This document shows, piece by piece, positions 17,105-27,023 of a DNA stretch of 64,000 nucleotides. The notes beneath the pieces are model-generated. The model had not been told where the DNA came from and did no database searches. It saw only the letters and a list, made by a program, of their open reading frames with translations. The stretch spans positions 1,531-65,530 of the forward strand of contig CACJRN010000006.1 of NCBI GenBank assembly GCA_902595845.1. Reading direction: 5' to 3'. Origin of the DNA: an uncultured Gammaproteobacteria bacterium. Its GTDB lineage: Bacteria; Pseudomonadota; Gammaproteobacteria; Steroidobacterales; UBA11654. Both the position numbers and the translations under genes were made by a program. The first letter of the stretch is position 1. Every line of letters starts with the position of its first letter.

Positions 17105-19548
17105 TTTCTCTTACCTCTTTTTTTGGCAGGAGCCTTTTCTAACAGCTCGAGACAGTCCTTTAGTTCCAGGCTCTCAGGGTCCTTGTCTTTTGGTATAGAG
17201 GCATTTTTTTTGCCATCTGTGACATAGGCGCCCCATCTCCCATCTACAATTTTAACAGGGCTGTCATCAAATGTTTTTAGCGCTCCAGATCCTTTTGAGC
17301 TCGATATGCTCGAGAGAGCTTCTTCAAGATCAACAGAAAAAGGATCTAGGCCTTTTCTTCCTCTAAAGTTCTTGGACCCACGTTTGAAATAGGGACCATA
17401 GGGACCAATGGTGACAAGAATTTTTTCTCCAGATTCAGGGTCAACACCTAGCTCTTTTGGAAGGCTCAAGTAATCCAAAGCCCTTTCAAAGGTCATCTCT
17501 TCTATAGTGTCTGTTTTAAGTAGCCCCACATATCTTGGTTTGTTGCCATCCTCTTTTGAGCCAAGCTGCACGGTCGGACCGTATCTTGCTTCTCTAACGA
17601 TTACAGGCTCGTTGGTCTCTGGGTGGTAACCAAGAATATTCTCGCTTGGCTTGTTTAAAAGCTCACAAGCTGTTTGGAGGTTGATTGAAAAAAGTGACTG
17701 CCCCTCTTTTATAGCTGCCCACTCAAGCTTCTCATCTTTTTCCATGTCACCCACCTGAACCGCAGGACCGTTTTTTGTCATTCTTGCGAATACTGGACGA
17801 CCTGTTTCTGGGTGGCTACCCAGCGGTCTTTGTGGGTTTACATCTTTTCTTGTAACCACGCCACTGACCTCGTCAACAGTATCTATTAATGGAGACCAAA
17901 AGGCATTTAGAACATCTTGCTTGCTTCTTTGTCCGCTTGAGATTTCATCCAAATTGTTTTCCATATTCGAAGTAAACTCATCACTGATATATCCACCGAA
18001 GCGTTCATTTAAAAAATTGCTCACAAGACGACCCATGTCTGATGGCTCGTATCTTTTTTGTTTAAGCCAGATATACTTTCTGTCTGTCAGCTTAGAGAGT
18101 ATGTCAGCATATGTTGAAGGCCTTCCAATGCCTTTTTCTTCAAGCGCCTTAATCATGCTCGCGTCATTGTAACGAGGAGGCGGATCAGTAAAATGCTGGG
18201 TTTTTACGAGCTCCTTAAATCCAATTGCATCATTCTCATTGATCAAAGGCGGCTTATTGTTTGTAACTTCTTCTTGGGTTGCTTCTAAATAACCACTGAA
18301 AATAAGTTCCTGGTCAGAAAAAGAAAATGTTGCCAAGCTCTCATCGCCGGTAGGCACAAACTCGATAGATGTTCTTTCAAAGATTGCATCCTTCATTTGG
18401 GATGCGACAGTTCTTTGCCAGATTAGCTGATAGAGTTTGAACTCGTCATCTTTCAAAATCTTTTTGGCATCAGCCGGGACAAGGCTTATGTCAACAGGGG
18501 TTATTGCACCATGGGCCTCTTGGATATTCTTGGCCTCTTTTTTATTTTTATAGTTTCTAGGTTGGACAAAGTCTTCACCGAACATGCTCGCTACCTGAGA
18601 CCTTACGGCCGGCACCTTTCCTTCATCGATTTCAATTGAATCTGTTCTAATATAGGTGATTAGTCCGCCACCCTCACGCGCATAGAGTGATTGCGCGACC
18701 TGCATGGTTCTTTTTGGCGTAAAACCAAACCTGTTGGATGCTTGTTGTTGGAGCACAGATGTTCTAAATGGCTCTCTTGGTGAGCGCTTAATGGTTTTTT
18801 TAGAGATCGACTTCGCGACAAGACCTTTCTTGCATTGCTCTTCCAGATCTTTGCTTGCCTTCTCAACAAGTGTGGTTGAGTCAAAAGTGAACTTTTTTAC
18901 AGGCTCTTGTTTAAAAGCCGATAGTTTGGCGTCATATTCTCCATCTTTTTCTAGTTTTGCTGAAATGGTCCAATACTCTTGTGGAACAAAGGCCTCAATT
19001 TCTCTTTCACGCTCTACAATCATCCTTAATGCGGGGCTTTGCACCCTTCCCGCAGAATGATTATTGCTAGGAAATAGTCGCCACAACAATGGCGACAATG
19101 TAAAACCAAAGTGCCGATCAAGCGCCCTTCTGGTTTCTTGGGATTGAACCAGATCCATGGCTATTTCACCCGGATTGCTGACAGCATCCTTGACTGCTTT
19201 TTCGCTTATTTCATAAAAAACAGCCCGCTTAATATCTGGTTGTTCGAATTTAGCATTTGAAATAATGTCTGCCACATGCCAAGCAATAGCTTCCCCTTCT
19301 CTGTCTGGGTCTGTGGCAAGAATCACTTGCTCAACATTCTTTGCTTCGTCCTTAATTTTTTTCACCGCATCTTCCTTGCCTGGACTCACAATATATTTCA
19401 TCGAATAACCATTACCCGGATCAATGGCGTCTTTTTTTGGAAGCTCTCTGATGTGACCAATGGTTGGCAAAACAGCATAGCCACCACCCAGATATTTCTG
19501 AATTGTTTTTGCCTTGGCTGGCGATTCTACGATGACTAGTTTGCTCAT
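17083..19548 (-). CDS. topA: DNA topoisomerase I with C-terminal repeats and Lys-rich tail
   Basis: VIVESPAKAK, ATDPDREGE, SAGRVQS, ITYIRTD, QEAH, GIGRPSTYA; repeated GxHP/GxYGPY units. Confidence 0.96.
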   Translation of the reverse strand: MSKLVIVESPAKAKTIQKYLGGGYAVLPTIGHIRELPKKDAIDPGNGYSMKYIVSPGKEDAVKKIKDEAKNVEQVILATDPDREGEAIAWHVADIISNAKFEQPDIKRAVFYEISEKAVKDAVSNPGEIAMDLVQSQETRRALDRHFGFTLSPLLWRLFPSNNHSAGRVQSPALRMIVEREREIEAFVPQEYWTISAKLEKDGEYDAKLSAFKQEPVKKFTFDSTTLVEKASKDLEEQCKKGLVAKSISKKTIKRSPREPFRTSVLQQQASNRFGFTPKRTMQVAQSLYAREGGGLITYIRTDSIEIDEGKVPAVRSQVASMFGEDFVQPRNYKNKKEAKNIQEAHGAITPVDISLVPADAKKILKDDEFKLYQLIWQRTVASQMKDAIFERTSIEFVPTGDESLATFSFSDQELIFSGYLEATQEEVTNNKPPLINENDAIGFKELVKTQHFTDPPPRYNDASMIKALEEKGIGRPSTYADILSKLTDRKYIWLKQKRYEPSDMGRLVSNFLNERFGGYISDEFTSNMENNLDEISSGQRSKQDVLNAFWSPLIDTVDEVSGVVTRKDVNPQRPLGSHPETGRPVFARMTKNGPAVQVGDMEKDEKLEWAAIKEGQSLFSINLQTACELLNKPSENILGYHPETNEPVIVREARYGPTVQLGSKEDGNKPRYVGLLKTDTIEEMTFERALDYLSLPKELGVDPESGEKILVTIGPYGPYFKRGSKNFRGRKGLDPFSVDLEEALSSISSSKGSGALKTFDDSPVKIVDGRWGAYVTDGKKNASIPKDKDPESLELKDCLELLEKAPAKKRGKRKSKKKTK

Positions 19549-19590
19549 AACGAATTAAAAATAATCACAACAAGGGTTCGTGAGGCAGTG

Positions 19591-19620
19591 ATTATAAATA
19601 CAAAAGAATTATTAATTCAA
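19591..19620 (-). promoter_or_regulatory. Sigma70 promoter for topA
   Basis: Minus strand TTGAAT-N18-TATAAT, about 40 bp upstream of the topA start. Confidence 0.55.
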
Positions 19621-20100
19621 TGTTTTTGGCGAATCAATTACTTCGTCGTTTTCATAAGCATGCAGTTTGACTTCAACCGATGGCTCCTGAAAAAGCATTA
19701 AAATACTTAATGCCTTTACTACCTCTAGGTCCATGGGTTCAAAGCCTATCGATGTGAGCTTATCAATCAATAATTCTCGCTTTTCAGGAGTCAGAAGGCC
19801 GAACTTCTCTAAACGAGTAATGTAGTTCTGGCATTCAATATCGAGCAAGTTTTTCTCATCATCACTGAGTATTCTTATCGAGGAACTACTTGGACTATGA
19901 AGCATCGGTGTTTCTGTTGAGTTTTTGAAAATCTCAACCCAGTCCATCGCATGATCAATGGCATCATCCTGAAAGCCCGCGCCTATGAGGTGATCACGAA
20001 TCTCAAAGGATGTTTCTGACTCTCTGACAGGGTCTTCAGAGTAGTATTCAAAAAGATACAGGAGGATGTCGAGAAAATCTTCTTTTATGTTTTGGTTCAT
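19612..20100 (-). CDS. smg: Smg / DUF494 family protein
   Basis: FLDILLYLFEYY, LIGAGF, RILSDDE, RELLID; usual position between def and topA. Confidence 0.88.
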   Translation of the reverse strand: MNQNIKEDFLDILLYLFEYYSEDPVRESETSFEIRDHLIGAGFQDDAIDHAMDWVEIFKNSTETPMLHSPSSSSIRILSDDEKNLLDIECQNYITRLEKFGLLTPEKRELLIDKLTSIGFEPMDLEVVKALSILMLFQEPSVEVKLHAYENDEVIDSPKTLN

Positions 20101-20258
20101 TGAAAGAAAACAATTAAGTTACCCCGAGCATGAATCAAAAAAGACAGGAGGTCAACGTATTTTTCGTGAAATTTTTTTGAGCACTAAAAAAAGCTATTTT
20201 TGGAAAAAAACAACAACATCATGATAAGATAACTTTCCCTTATTTAATGGTGTTTAGC

Positions 20259-20795
20259 ATGTTTGAGAACTTAGAAATTTTGCAATTTCCAGATGAAAGA
20301 CTGCGCCGCTTATCCAGGCCTGTTGAAAGCTTCAATAGGGACCTGAAAACATTGGCAGACAAGATGTTAGAAATCATGTATGACTCAAACGGGATTGGAC
20401 TGGCTGCTCCTCAAGTTAACCAAACAATTCGGCTTATAGTTATCGATGTTTCTGAGGACAGAGATAATCCATGTATTTTTGTAAACCCGAAAATAAAAGA
20501 GCCCGCAGGCTCTGTCGACAGCAGCGAGGGATGTCTTTCTGTTCCCGAAATCAGAACAACAATCAAACGATATGAAAACATCATCCTCGAATATCAAGAT
20601 CTCAATGGAGAAAGGCACGAAGAGACCCTTGGTGATCTGATGTCAATATGCGTTCAGCATGAGATAGACCATTTAGACGGCAAGCTTTTTATTGATTATG
20701 TTCCAGACGTTAAGCTACAAAGGCTTAGAAAAAAAATTGCCAAAAACAAAAAAAATCAGCTGCCAACAGAAGGAACAACTGTGAGGGTTGTTTGA
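20259..20795 (+). CDS. def: Peptide deformylase
   Basis: GIGLAAPQV, EGCLSVP, QHEIDHLDG. Confidence 0.96.
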   Translation: MFENLEILQFPDERLRRLSRPVESFNRDLKTLADKMLEIMYDSNGIGLAAPQVNQTIRLIVIDVSEDRDNPCIFVNPKIKEPAGSVDSSEGCLSVPEIRTTIKRYENIILEYQDLNGERHEETLGDLMSICVQHEIDHLDGKLFIDYVPDVKLQRLRKKIAKNKKNQLPTEGTTVRVV

Positions 20796-21745
20796 TGTTG
20801 GACAATCAGCACCCGAACATAACAATTGTTTATGCAGGCTCTGATGCTTTCTCGATTCAGCCGCTTAAAAAAGTATTAAGTTTGAAATACAAAAAAGTCA
20901 CTGTCCTAACAAGGCCGCCCAAAAGGCAGGGCCGAGGGATGAAAGAAAAAAACAACCCGCTTGCAGAGTTTGCATTACACAATAATCTTGAGACACTCAT
21001 GCCAGAGAGCCCAAACGACAATAATTTTTTAGCAAAACTTGAAGAAAAAAAATATGACCTACTTATTTCATGCGCCTATGGAAGGATCATGTCTGAAAGA
21101 CTTTTTGGCTGCTTTCATATGGGCAATATCAACATTCACCCTTCGCTTCTTCCAAGATGGAGGGGCCCTTCACCAATAGAGTCATCTATACTCGAGGGCG
21201 ATAAGATAACCGGCGTTAGTTTGATGCAGATGACAGAAGAACTTGATGCCGGACCAGTATACGAGCAGAGATCCATTAACATGAATAGCGAAAATACAAA
21301 AACCTTATCAGAGAAACTCGCACTTCTTGCTGGAGACATGATTGAGAGCTTTCTACCGTCTTTTTTTGAAGGCGATATAAAAGCAAAGCAGCAGGATGAA
21401 CGCCTTGTAACAGAAAGCAAAATTATAAAAAAAGAGGACGCAAGATTAGATTGGAACGAGACCTCAGAGGTTATAGATAGCAAAATAAAGGCCTATTATC
21501 CATGGCCGGTAGCTCACACCTATCTTGATGACAAATACCTCAGAATATTGGATTCAGAAGCAATAGCAGAAGATGAAGACGGCACCGACCCAGGCCAAAT
21601 AGTGGACATCAATAACAAGGGCGTCACTGTTAAGTGCAAGAGAGGCAAGATCATACTCAAGGGCATTCAACCTGAGGGCAAAAAAGAAATGCTCGCAGCT
21701 GATTTTGCAAGAGGAAACAATTTAGAGGGCAAGCGATTTTCATGA
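20795..21745 (+). CDS. fmt: Methionyl-tRNA formyltransferase
   Basis: AYG, NIHPSLLPRWRGPSPI, ELDAGP, PWP; follows def. Confidence 0.95.
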   Translation: MLDNQHPNITIVYAGSDAFSIQPLKKVLSLKYKKVTVLTRPPKRQGRGMKEKNNPLAEFALHNNLETLMPESPNDNNFLAKLEEKKYDLLISCAYGRIMSERLFGCFHMGNINIHPSLLPRWRGPSPIESSILEGDKITGVSLMQMTEELDAGPVYEQRSINMNSENTKTLSEKLALLAGDMIESFLPSFFEGDIKAKQQDERLVTESKIIKKEDARLDWNETSEVIDSKIKAYYPWPVAHTYLDDKYLRILDSEAIAEDEDGTDPGQIVDINNKGVTVKCKRGKIILKGIQPEGKKEMLAADFARGNNLEGKRFS

Positions 21746-22293
21746 GTATGAGGCCAAAAATAAAAGTCCTGTCCCTTTTCTTTATATTTTTTTTAAGTTC
21801 GCAAGGCATCGCAAATGTAGGCTCAGGAAGCTCTTATGTGAAAGACGGAGTCTATTTCAGCGATGTCCTGCTACCATTCAAGCTTGAAAAGCAACAAGTC
21901 GAAGCGCTAAGCTCTGGCCTTACATTAAAGTTTCAGCTGGATTTCTCTATAGTAGACATAAGAAATTGGAGAATAGACCGTGACATTGGGACATTAAACC
22001 AGTCCTATTCAATCAGATTGAACGCCTTCACAGGCAGATATTTAGTAACGAATCTAAATATTGGCACAAAGGTCACGCTTTCATCCATACAGGAAGTTGA
22101 AAGCTTTCTTTCTGAGATTAAAAACATTCCATTGGTCGACGATTCAATTTTAGACATTGAAAAAAACTATAGCGTAATAATGCAAGCAGGAATTACTGCT
22201 GAAGGCATATCACAATGGATTAAAACTCTCTCCTTCTGGAGAGAGAACTTAGACACAGAATTTGAGGTAATAGAATGGAAGCTTTTAGACTGA
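21742..22293 (+). CDS. DUF4390-like exported protein
   Basis: Signal peptide, ALSSGLTLKF...W pattern; usual position upstream of ntrY/ntrX. Confidence 0.7.
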   Translation: MSMRPKIKVLSLFFIFFLSSQGIANVGSGSSYVKDGVYFSDVLLPFKLEKQQVEALSSGLTLKFQLDFSIVDIRNWRIDRDIGTLNQSYSIRLNAFTGRYLVTNLNIGTKVTLSSIQEVESFLSEIKNIPLVDDSILDIEKNYSVIMQAGITAEGISQWIKTLSFWRENLDTEFEVIEWKLLD

Positions 22294-24026
22294 GCTCCTT
22301 AAACATAAGAAAAATTGTTTCTGTGCTCATATTTTTGAGCATTGCCTCATTGATCGCGCTTCTTTTTTCAGATGATGACCCAAGTGAGCTAAACAGAATT
22401 CAGGTTTCGTTGCTTGCTGTTAATTTGATTTCTTTTTTAGCGCTTTTTCCAATTGTTGCATTGAGTGTAAAAAAACTTGTTCTAGATTATAGACAAAGAA
22501 AATTGGGGGCAAAACTGAGGCTTCGGATGGCCTTGGCTTTTTCTGGATTAGCGCTTGTTCCTGCAATTGTTATTTTCTTTTTTGCGATCAATTTCATGAA
22601 TAAAGGCATCAGTGTTTGGTCAGATGCAGATGTTGAGAAGGGCTTAAGCGATGCTTTGATGTTGGGAAGGTCTGCCTTGGACGAAAGAATTCAAGACGGC
22701 TTATTTGCCACATCTAACATCTCTATACAACTAAAAGGAATGGAAAATATATCAGAGGCATTAGAGGCCCAGAGGAAAGAAAATAACGCAATCCAACTTT
22801 CTTTGATTGACTCAGATCTTAGGTTATTAGCTAGTAGCTCCTCTCAGGCTGACCAAGCCTCCGTTAGAGTGCCAACCAGTTTTGAAATAAACCAAGTAGC
22901 GCTCAAACAATCATGGACCAGCCTTGACTCCACTACAGATGATCGATATCTAATAAGGGTATTGGTTCCGGTAATCAGTTTCTCTTTAAACGAAAAACCA
23001 ATTTATTTACAGGCCCTTTATAGCGTTGACCCCAAGCTAAGTATGATGGCCTATTCTGTCGAAGAGACCTATGCAAGATATGGGTTGTTGAGCTTTATGA
23101 AAACACCAATACAGTATAGCTATGCATTGACTTTGGGAATCGTTGTAATGTTGGCCCTTCTGCTAGCAATTTATGGCTCATTTGAGTTTGCAGATAGACT
23201 GGTAAAACCAATTGAGTCACTCGAGAAGGAGACGGATAAAAAAACTGATTCAGAAAAAAGACTTACCAATAAAACAGATTACAGAGAAGAAGACGAAATA
23301 ACGGTACTTGTAAACTCATTTATGGCCGCACAGAAAGAAGCTGCCTGGAGCGATGTTGCCAAAAGAATGGCCCATGAAATCAACAATCCACTGACACCCA
23401 TACAATTGTCGGCAGAAAGAATTCAAAAAAAATTCAGAGGGTCATCAGAAGAAAAGGAGTTCATCGATGCTTCAACCAAAACAATCATTGCTCAAGTTGA
23501 TGTTCTCAGAGACCTGGTTAACGCATTTAGCAATTTTGCAGAACGTGAGAAACTTGCTTTCACGAGTACAGACATAAACAGCTTGATCAGTGAAAGCATT
23601 CAACTCTTTTCTAGGCAACACGAAAACATTTCTATCCAACTTGAAAAAGAAAATCTGGAACTCGTCGAAGTAGATCGAAATAAGATCCAACAAGTATTAA
23701 ACAATCTTTTGCTGAATGCGATTGATGCTTGCGAAAAGGTTGAAAGTCCAAAAATTAGATTTGAGACAAAAACTAAAAAAATCAATTCAAGAAATTATTG
23801 TGAAGTCACAATAAGGGATAATGGCCAAGGGTTTGATGAAAGTATTATTAAAAATGCTTTTGAGCCATACCAAACATCCAAAAAAAATGGCAAAGGGCTT
23901 GGGTTAGCTATCGTAAAGAGCATCATAGATCAACATAAAGGGGAAATAACTTTAAGTAACAATGATATTGGTGCAAACATAAAAATCTATTTGCCAATTA
24001 AACAAATCCAAGGAGATATTGAGTGA
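22275..24026 (+). CDS. ntrY: NtrY-like membrane sensor histidine kinase
   Basis: GAKLRLRM, AAWSDVAKRMAHEINNPLTPIQL (H-box), NLLLNA, DNGQG, GKGLGL. Confidence 0.85.
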   Translation: MEAFRLSSLNIRKIVSVLIFLSIASLIALLFSDDDPSELNRIQVSLLAVNLISFLALFPIVALSVKKLVLDYRQRKLGAKLRLRMALAFSGLALVPAIVIFFFAINFMNKGISVWSDADVEKGLSDALMLGRSALDERIQDGLFATSNISIQLKGMENISEALEAQRKENNAIQLSLIDSDLRLLASSSSQADQASVRVPTSFEINQVALKQSWTSLDSTTDDRYLIRVLVPVISFSLNEKPIYLQALYSVDPKLSMMAYSVEETYARYGLLSFMKTPIQYSYALTLGIVVMLALLLAIYGSFEFADRLVKPIESLEKETDKKTDSEKRLTNKTDYREEDEITVLVNSFMAAQKEAAWSDVAKRMAHEINNPLTPIQLSAERIQKKFRGSSEEKEFIDASTKTIIAQVDVLRDLVNAFSNFAEREKLAFTSTDINSLISESIQLFSRQHENISIQLEKENLELVEVDRNKIQQVLNNLLLNAIDACEKVESPKIRFETKTKKINSRNYCEVTIRDNGQGFDESIIKNAFEPYQTSKKNGKGLGLAIVKSIIDQHKGEITLSNNDIGANIKIYLPIKQIQGDIE

Positions 24027-25297
24027 GCATAGAAAAGCACATACTGATTGTTGATGACGAGCTTGAAATCAGAAAAATTATACAAGAGATATTGAAGGAT
24101 GAGGGGTATTCAACCTCTACAGCCTCTTCTGCAAAGGAGGCAAGAGCTGAGGTGAAAAATAAAAAACCAGACTTGGTATTTCTTGATATTTGGATGCCAG
24201 AGGAGGATGGCATTAGTTTGTTGAAAGATTGGACAAACCAACCAGAAACAGATTTTCCGGTGATTATGATTTCAGGACATGCGACTATTGAAACAGCCAT
24301 TGAGGCAACCAAGCTTGGCGCAAAAGACTTTGTAGAAAAACCAGTATCAATTGAAAAGCTGCTCGCATCAGCGCAAGAGTTTCTTGCTCAAAGTATAATC
24401 GGGGAAGATATTTTTTCCCATTTGGTGCAAAACACACCAGCATTTAAAAAAACATTGGATGAAATTAATCTTCTCGTTAAACAAAACAATATTTTTGTGC
24501 TCCAAGCAGAAGAAGGAACAGAGAAAGCCGCATGGGTTAGAGCATTATATTTAAGTCAATATAGTGATATGGGCGAGCTCCAGAAAATTCAGTTTAGCGG
24601 AGAGGAACGTGTTGAAAATGAAGAGATCGCTGCTCTTTATAAAGCATTAGAGAATGGAAATAATTCATTAGTTTATATAGAGAACATACATAAGCTTTCT
24701 GAGACTGAAAAATCAAACATTAGAGAAGGTCTAATGACTTCTTCCAAGAAGAGCAAAGCAAAGATTTTCATTGGCATTTCTGCGAAAGAAGAGACCGCTT
24801 TTATTAATCAAGAGGGCTTTACAGAATTAAATATTCCACCACTTAGGGCTTCACTTAAAGAGATCGCCCAAATACTTGATGATGCAGTTAAGTTTTTTGT
24901 TGAAAAGGATGGGCAGGGTTATAGGAGGTTTAGTTTGGCCGCTCAAAATATGCTTTCAAAATATCAATGGCCAGGAAACCTCCGTCAACTAGTGGACCTT
25001 GTTCAGTCTCTTCTCTCAAGAAGAGACAAAGAAATAGTTAATGTGGATGAAATCCAAGAAATCATTACATTGCAGGGCCCAGGCGGAAATATCCTAATAG
25101 AGAATAATATTCTTTCCTTGAGCATGAAGGAGGCCAAAAAACTTTTTGAAAGGGCCTACTTAACAAGGCAGCTGGAACTTGTTGGCGGAAAAATAAGCGA
25201 GCTATCAAGAAGAGTGGATATGGAGCGTACAAACTTATACAGAAAGCTTCAGTCGTTAGATATTGAATACAAAAAGAAGAAAAAAACTACATCTTAG
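24023..25297 (+). CDS. ntrX: NtrX-like response regulator (REC, degenerate AAA+, Fis-type HTH)
   Basis: ILIVDDE, FLDIWMP, SGHATIETA, WPGNLRQL, ERTNLYRKL. Confidence 0.85.
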   Translation: MSIEKHILIVDDELEIRKIIQEILKDEGYSTSTASSAKEARAEVKNKKPDLVFLDIWMPEEDGISLLKDWTNQPETDFPVIMISGHATIETAIEATKLGAKDFVEKPVSIEKLLASAQEFLAQSIIGEDIFSHLVQNTPAFKKTLDEINLLVKQNNIFVLQAEEGTEKAAWVRALYLSQYSDMGELQKIQFSGEERVENEEIAALYKALENGNNSLVYIENIHKLSETEKSNIREGLMTSSKKSKAKIFIGISAKEETAFINQEGFTELNIPPLRASLKEIAQILDDAVKFFVEKDGQGYRRFSLAAQNMLSKYQWPGNLRQLVDLVQSLLSRRDKEIVNVDEIQEIITLQGPGGNILIENNILSLSMKEAKKLFERAYLTRQLELVGGKISELSRRVDMERTNLYRKLQSLDIEYKKKKKTTS

Positions 25298-27023
25298 TGG
25301 GAGCGGAAACGCCTAAGATATCTAGGCCGTCCTCGATTACTGTGGACACACATTTCAATAAAAGTAATCTAGCATTTCTAAGCCCATCTTCATCTGATAC
25401 AAACTTTGTTGAACCATAATATGAATGAAAAAGCTGTGATAAAGACTTTAGATAGTTTGCTATTTTGTTCACCTCTCTGCTATTAGAGCTTTTTAAGATG
25501 GTTTCTGGGTATTTGCCTAAAAGAGAAATGATATCTTCCTCAATGGGCAGTTTAAGCTTCCCAAGATTTGATTTCCCTAAGGCTTCATCAAATAAATAGC
25601 CCCTTTTTTCATTTTCTTTGATCACGCTTTTTATCCGAGCATTGGCATATTGGATGTAGTAAACAGGATTTTTGTTGTTTTGTTTTGTTGCAAGCTCTAG
25701 ATCAAAGTCTAAGTGTTGATCATGAGATCTACTGACATAAAAAAACCTTGCGGCATCAACCCCAACTTCCGAATAAAGGTCTCTCATCGGAACAAAGTTC
25801 CCTGACCGAGTAGACATCTGAATTTTTTTCTTGCCCCTGTAAAGGGTGACAAACTGCATCAGAATTACCTCTAAGTCAGAGACCTTATTTCCTGTTGAAG
25901 CAAGACCCGCCTCAAGTCTTGAAACATAACCATGGTGATCAGAGCCTAGAACATTGATTAAAAGGTCAAAACCTCTAACCTTCTTGTGATGATGGTAAGC
26001 AATATCAGATGCAAAGTAAGTAGACCTTCCATCCTCTCTGATGACCACGCGATCCTTGTCGTCCCCATATTTTGTAGATTCGAGCCACAGCGCACCATCT
26101 CTTTCATAAGCGTTTCCATTTTTCTTAATGATCCCGCAAGCCTCTTCAATCCTGCCTTCAGAAAAGAGCGATTTTTCTGAATAAAAACCATCTTGCCTAA
26201 CCCTAAAGTCTGAAAGATCATCTTTAAGCAGTTTTGTCATCTGCAGGACAGTCTTCTCTAAAACCATCTGAAAAAGCTCATCTCCAGCAACATCCTTAAA
26301 TTCCAATATGAGAGCATCAACAATTTCATCATCCGATCCGCTTGCTTTGGCGAGCGATATTTTTTTGTTGATCGCTACACCTTCCTCTCGGAGACCTCCA
26401 GCGATCTCTTTAATGTATGAGCCTTTATAAAGACCATCAACCTGACCAAGCTTCTGCCCTTCTAGTAAAAGAAGTTCAAACATAACGCTCACACAGAGGA
26501 TGTCTATTTGCCTTCCTGCATCATTAAGATAGTATTCTGTAAAAACCTCATGCCCAGACTTTCTGAGCAAACGCGCCAATGAGTCACCAAAAGCAGCATG
26601 ACGACCATGCCCTACATGGAGCGGACCAGTTGGATTTGCTGAGACAAACTCTAAAAGAATCTTCTTTTTTTCTGAAACACAAGATGACCCAAATGCTTTT
26701 CCTTTGCTTGTGATTTCTTCAAGAACGCTATGTTTTTTTTCAGCTGAAAGATAGAAATTAATAAAACCTGGTTTTACAAACTCTGTTCGTTCAAGCTCAT
26801 CGGAAACATGAATTGAGTTGATGATTTCTTCGGCAACGACCATTGGAGAGCGCTTTAGCTTTCCCGATAACTTCAGTGCAATATTGCTCGAGAAATCTCC
26901 ATGCTCGTTATTTTTGTTTCTAGAAAGCTCGAGACCAACCTCGTTTATCTCATCATTGTTCATGCCCTGACTCTTGGTCAACGCAGTAACAATTAGCTCT
27001 TTTATTTTGTCCTCTATCCTCAT
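25287..27023 (-). CDS. argS: Arginyl-tRNA synthetase
   Basis: EFVSANPTGPLHVGHGR, DDKDRV, GSDHHGY, MSTRSG, YIQYA. Confidence 0.96.
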   Translation of the reverse strand: MRIEDKIKELIVTALTKSQGMNNDEINEVGLELSRNKNNEHGDFSSNIALKLSGKLKRSPMVVAEEIINSIHVSDELERTEFVKPGFINFYLSAEKKHSVLEEITSKGKAFGSSCVSEKKKILLEFVSANPTGPLHVGHGRHAAFGDSLARLLRKSGHEVFTEYYLNDAGRQIDILCVSVMFELLLLEGQKLGQVDGLYKGSYIKEIAGGLREEGVAINKKISLAKASGSDDEIVDALILEFKDVAGDELFQMVLEKTVLQMTKLLKDDLSDFRVRQDGFYSEKSLFSEGRIEEACGIIKKNGNAYERDGALWLESTKYGDDKDRVVIREDGRSTYFASDIAYHHHKKVRGFDLLINVLGSDHHGYVSRLEAGLASTGNKVSDLEVILMQFVTLYRGKKKIQMSTRSGNFVPMRDLYSEVGVDAARFFYVSRSHDQHLDFDLELATKQNNKNPVYYIQYANARIKSVIKENEKRGYLFDEALGKSNLGKLKLPIEEDIISLLGKYPETILKSSNSREVNKIANYLKSLSQLFHSYYGSTKFVSDEDGLRNARLLLLKCVSTVIEDGLDILGVSAPTKM

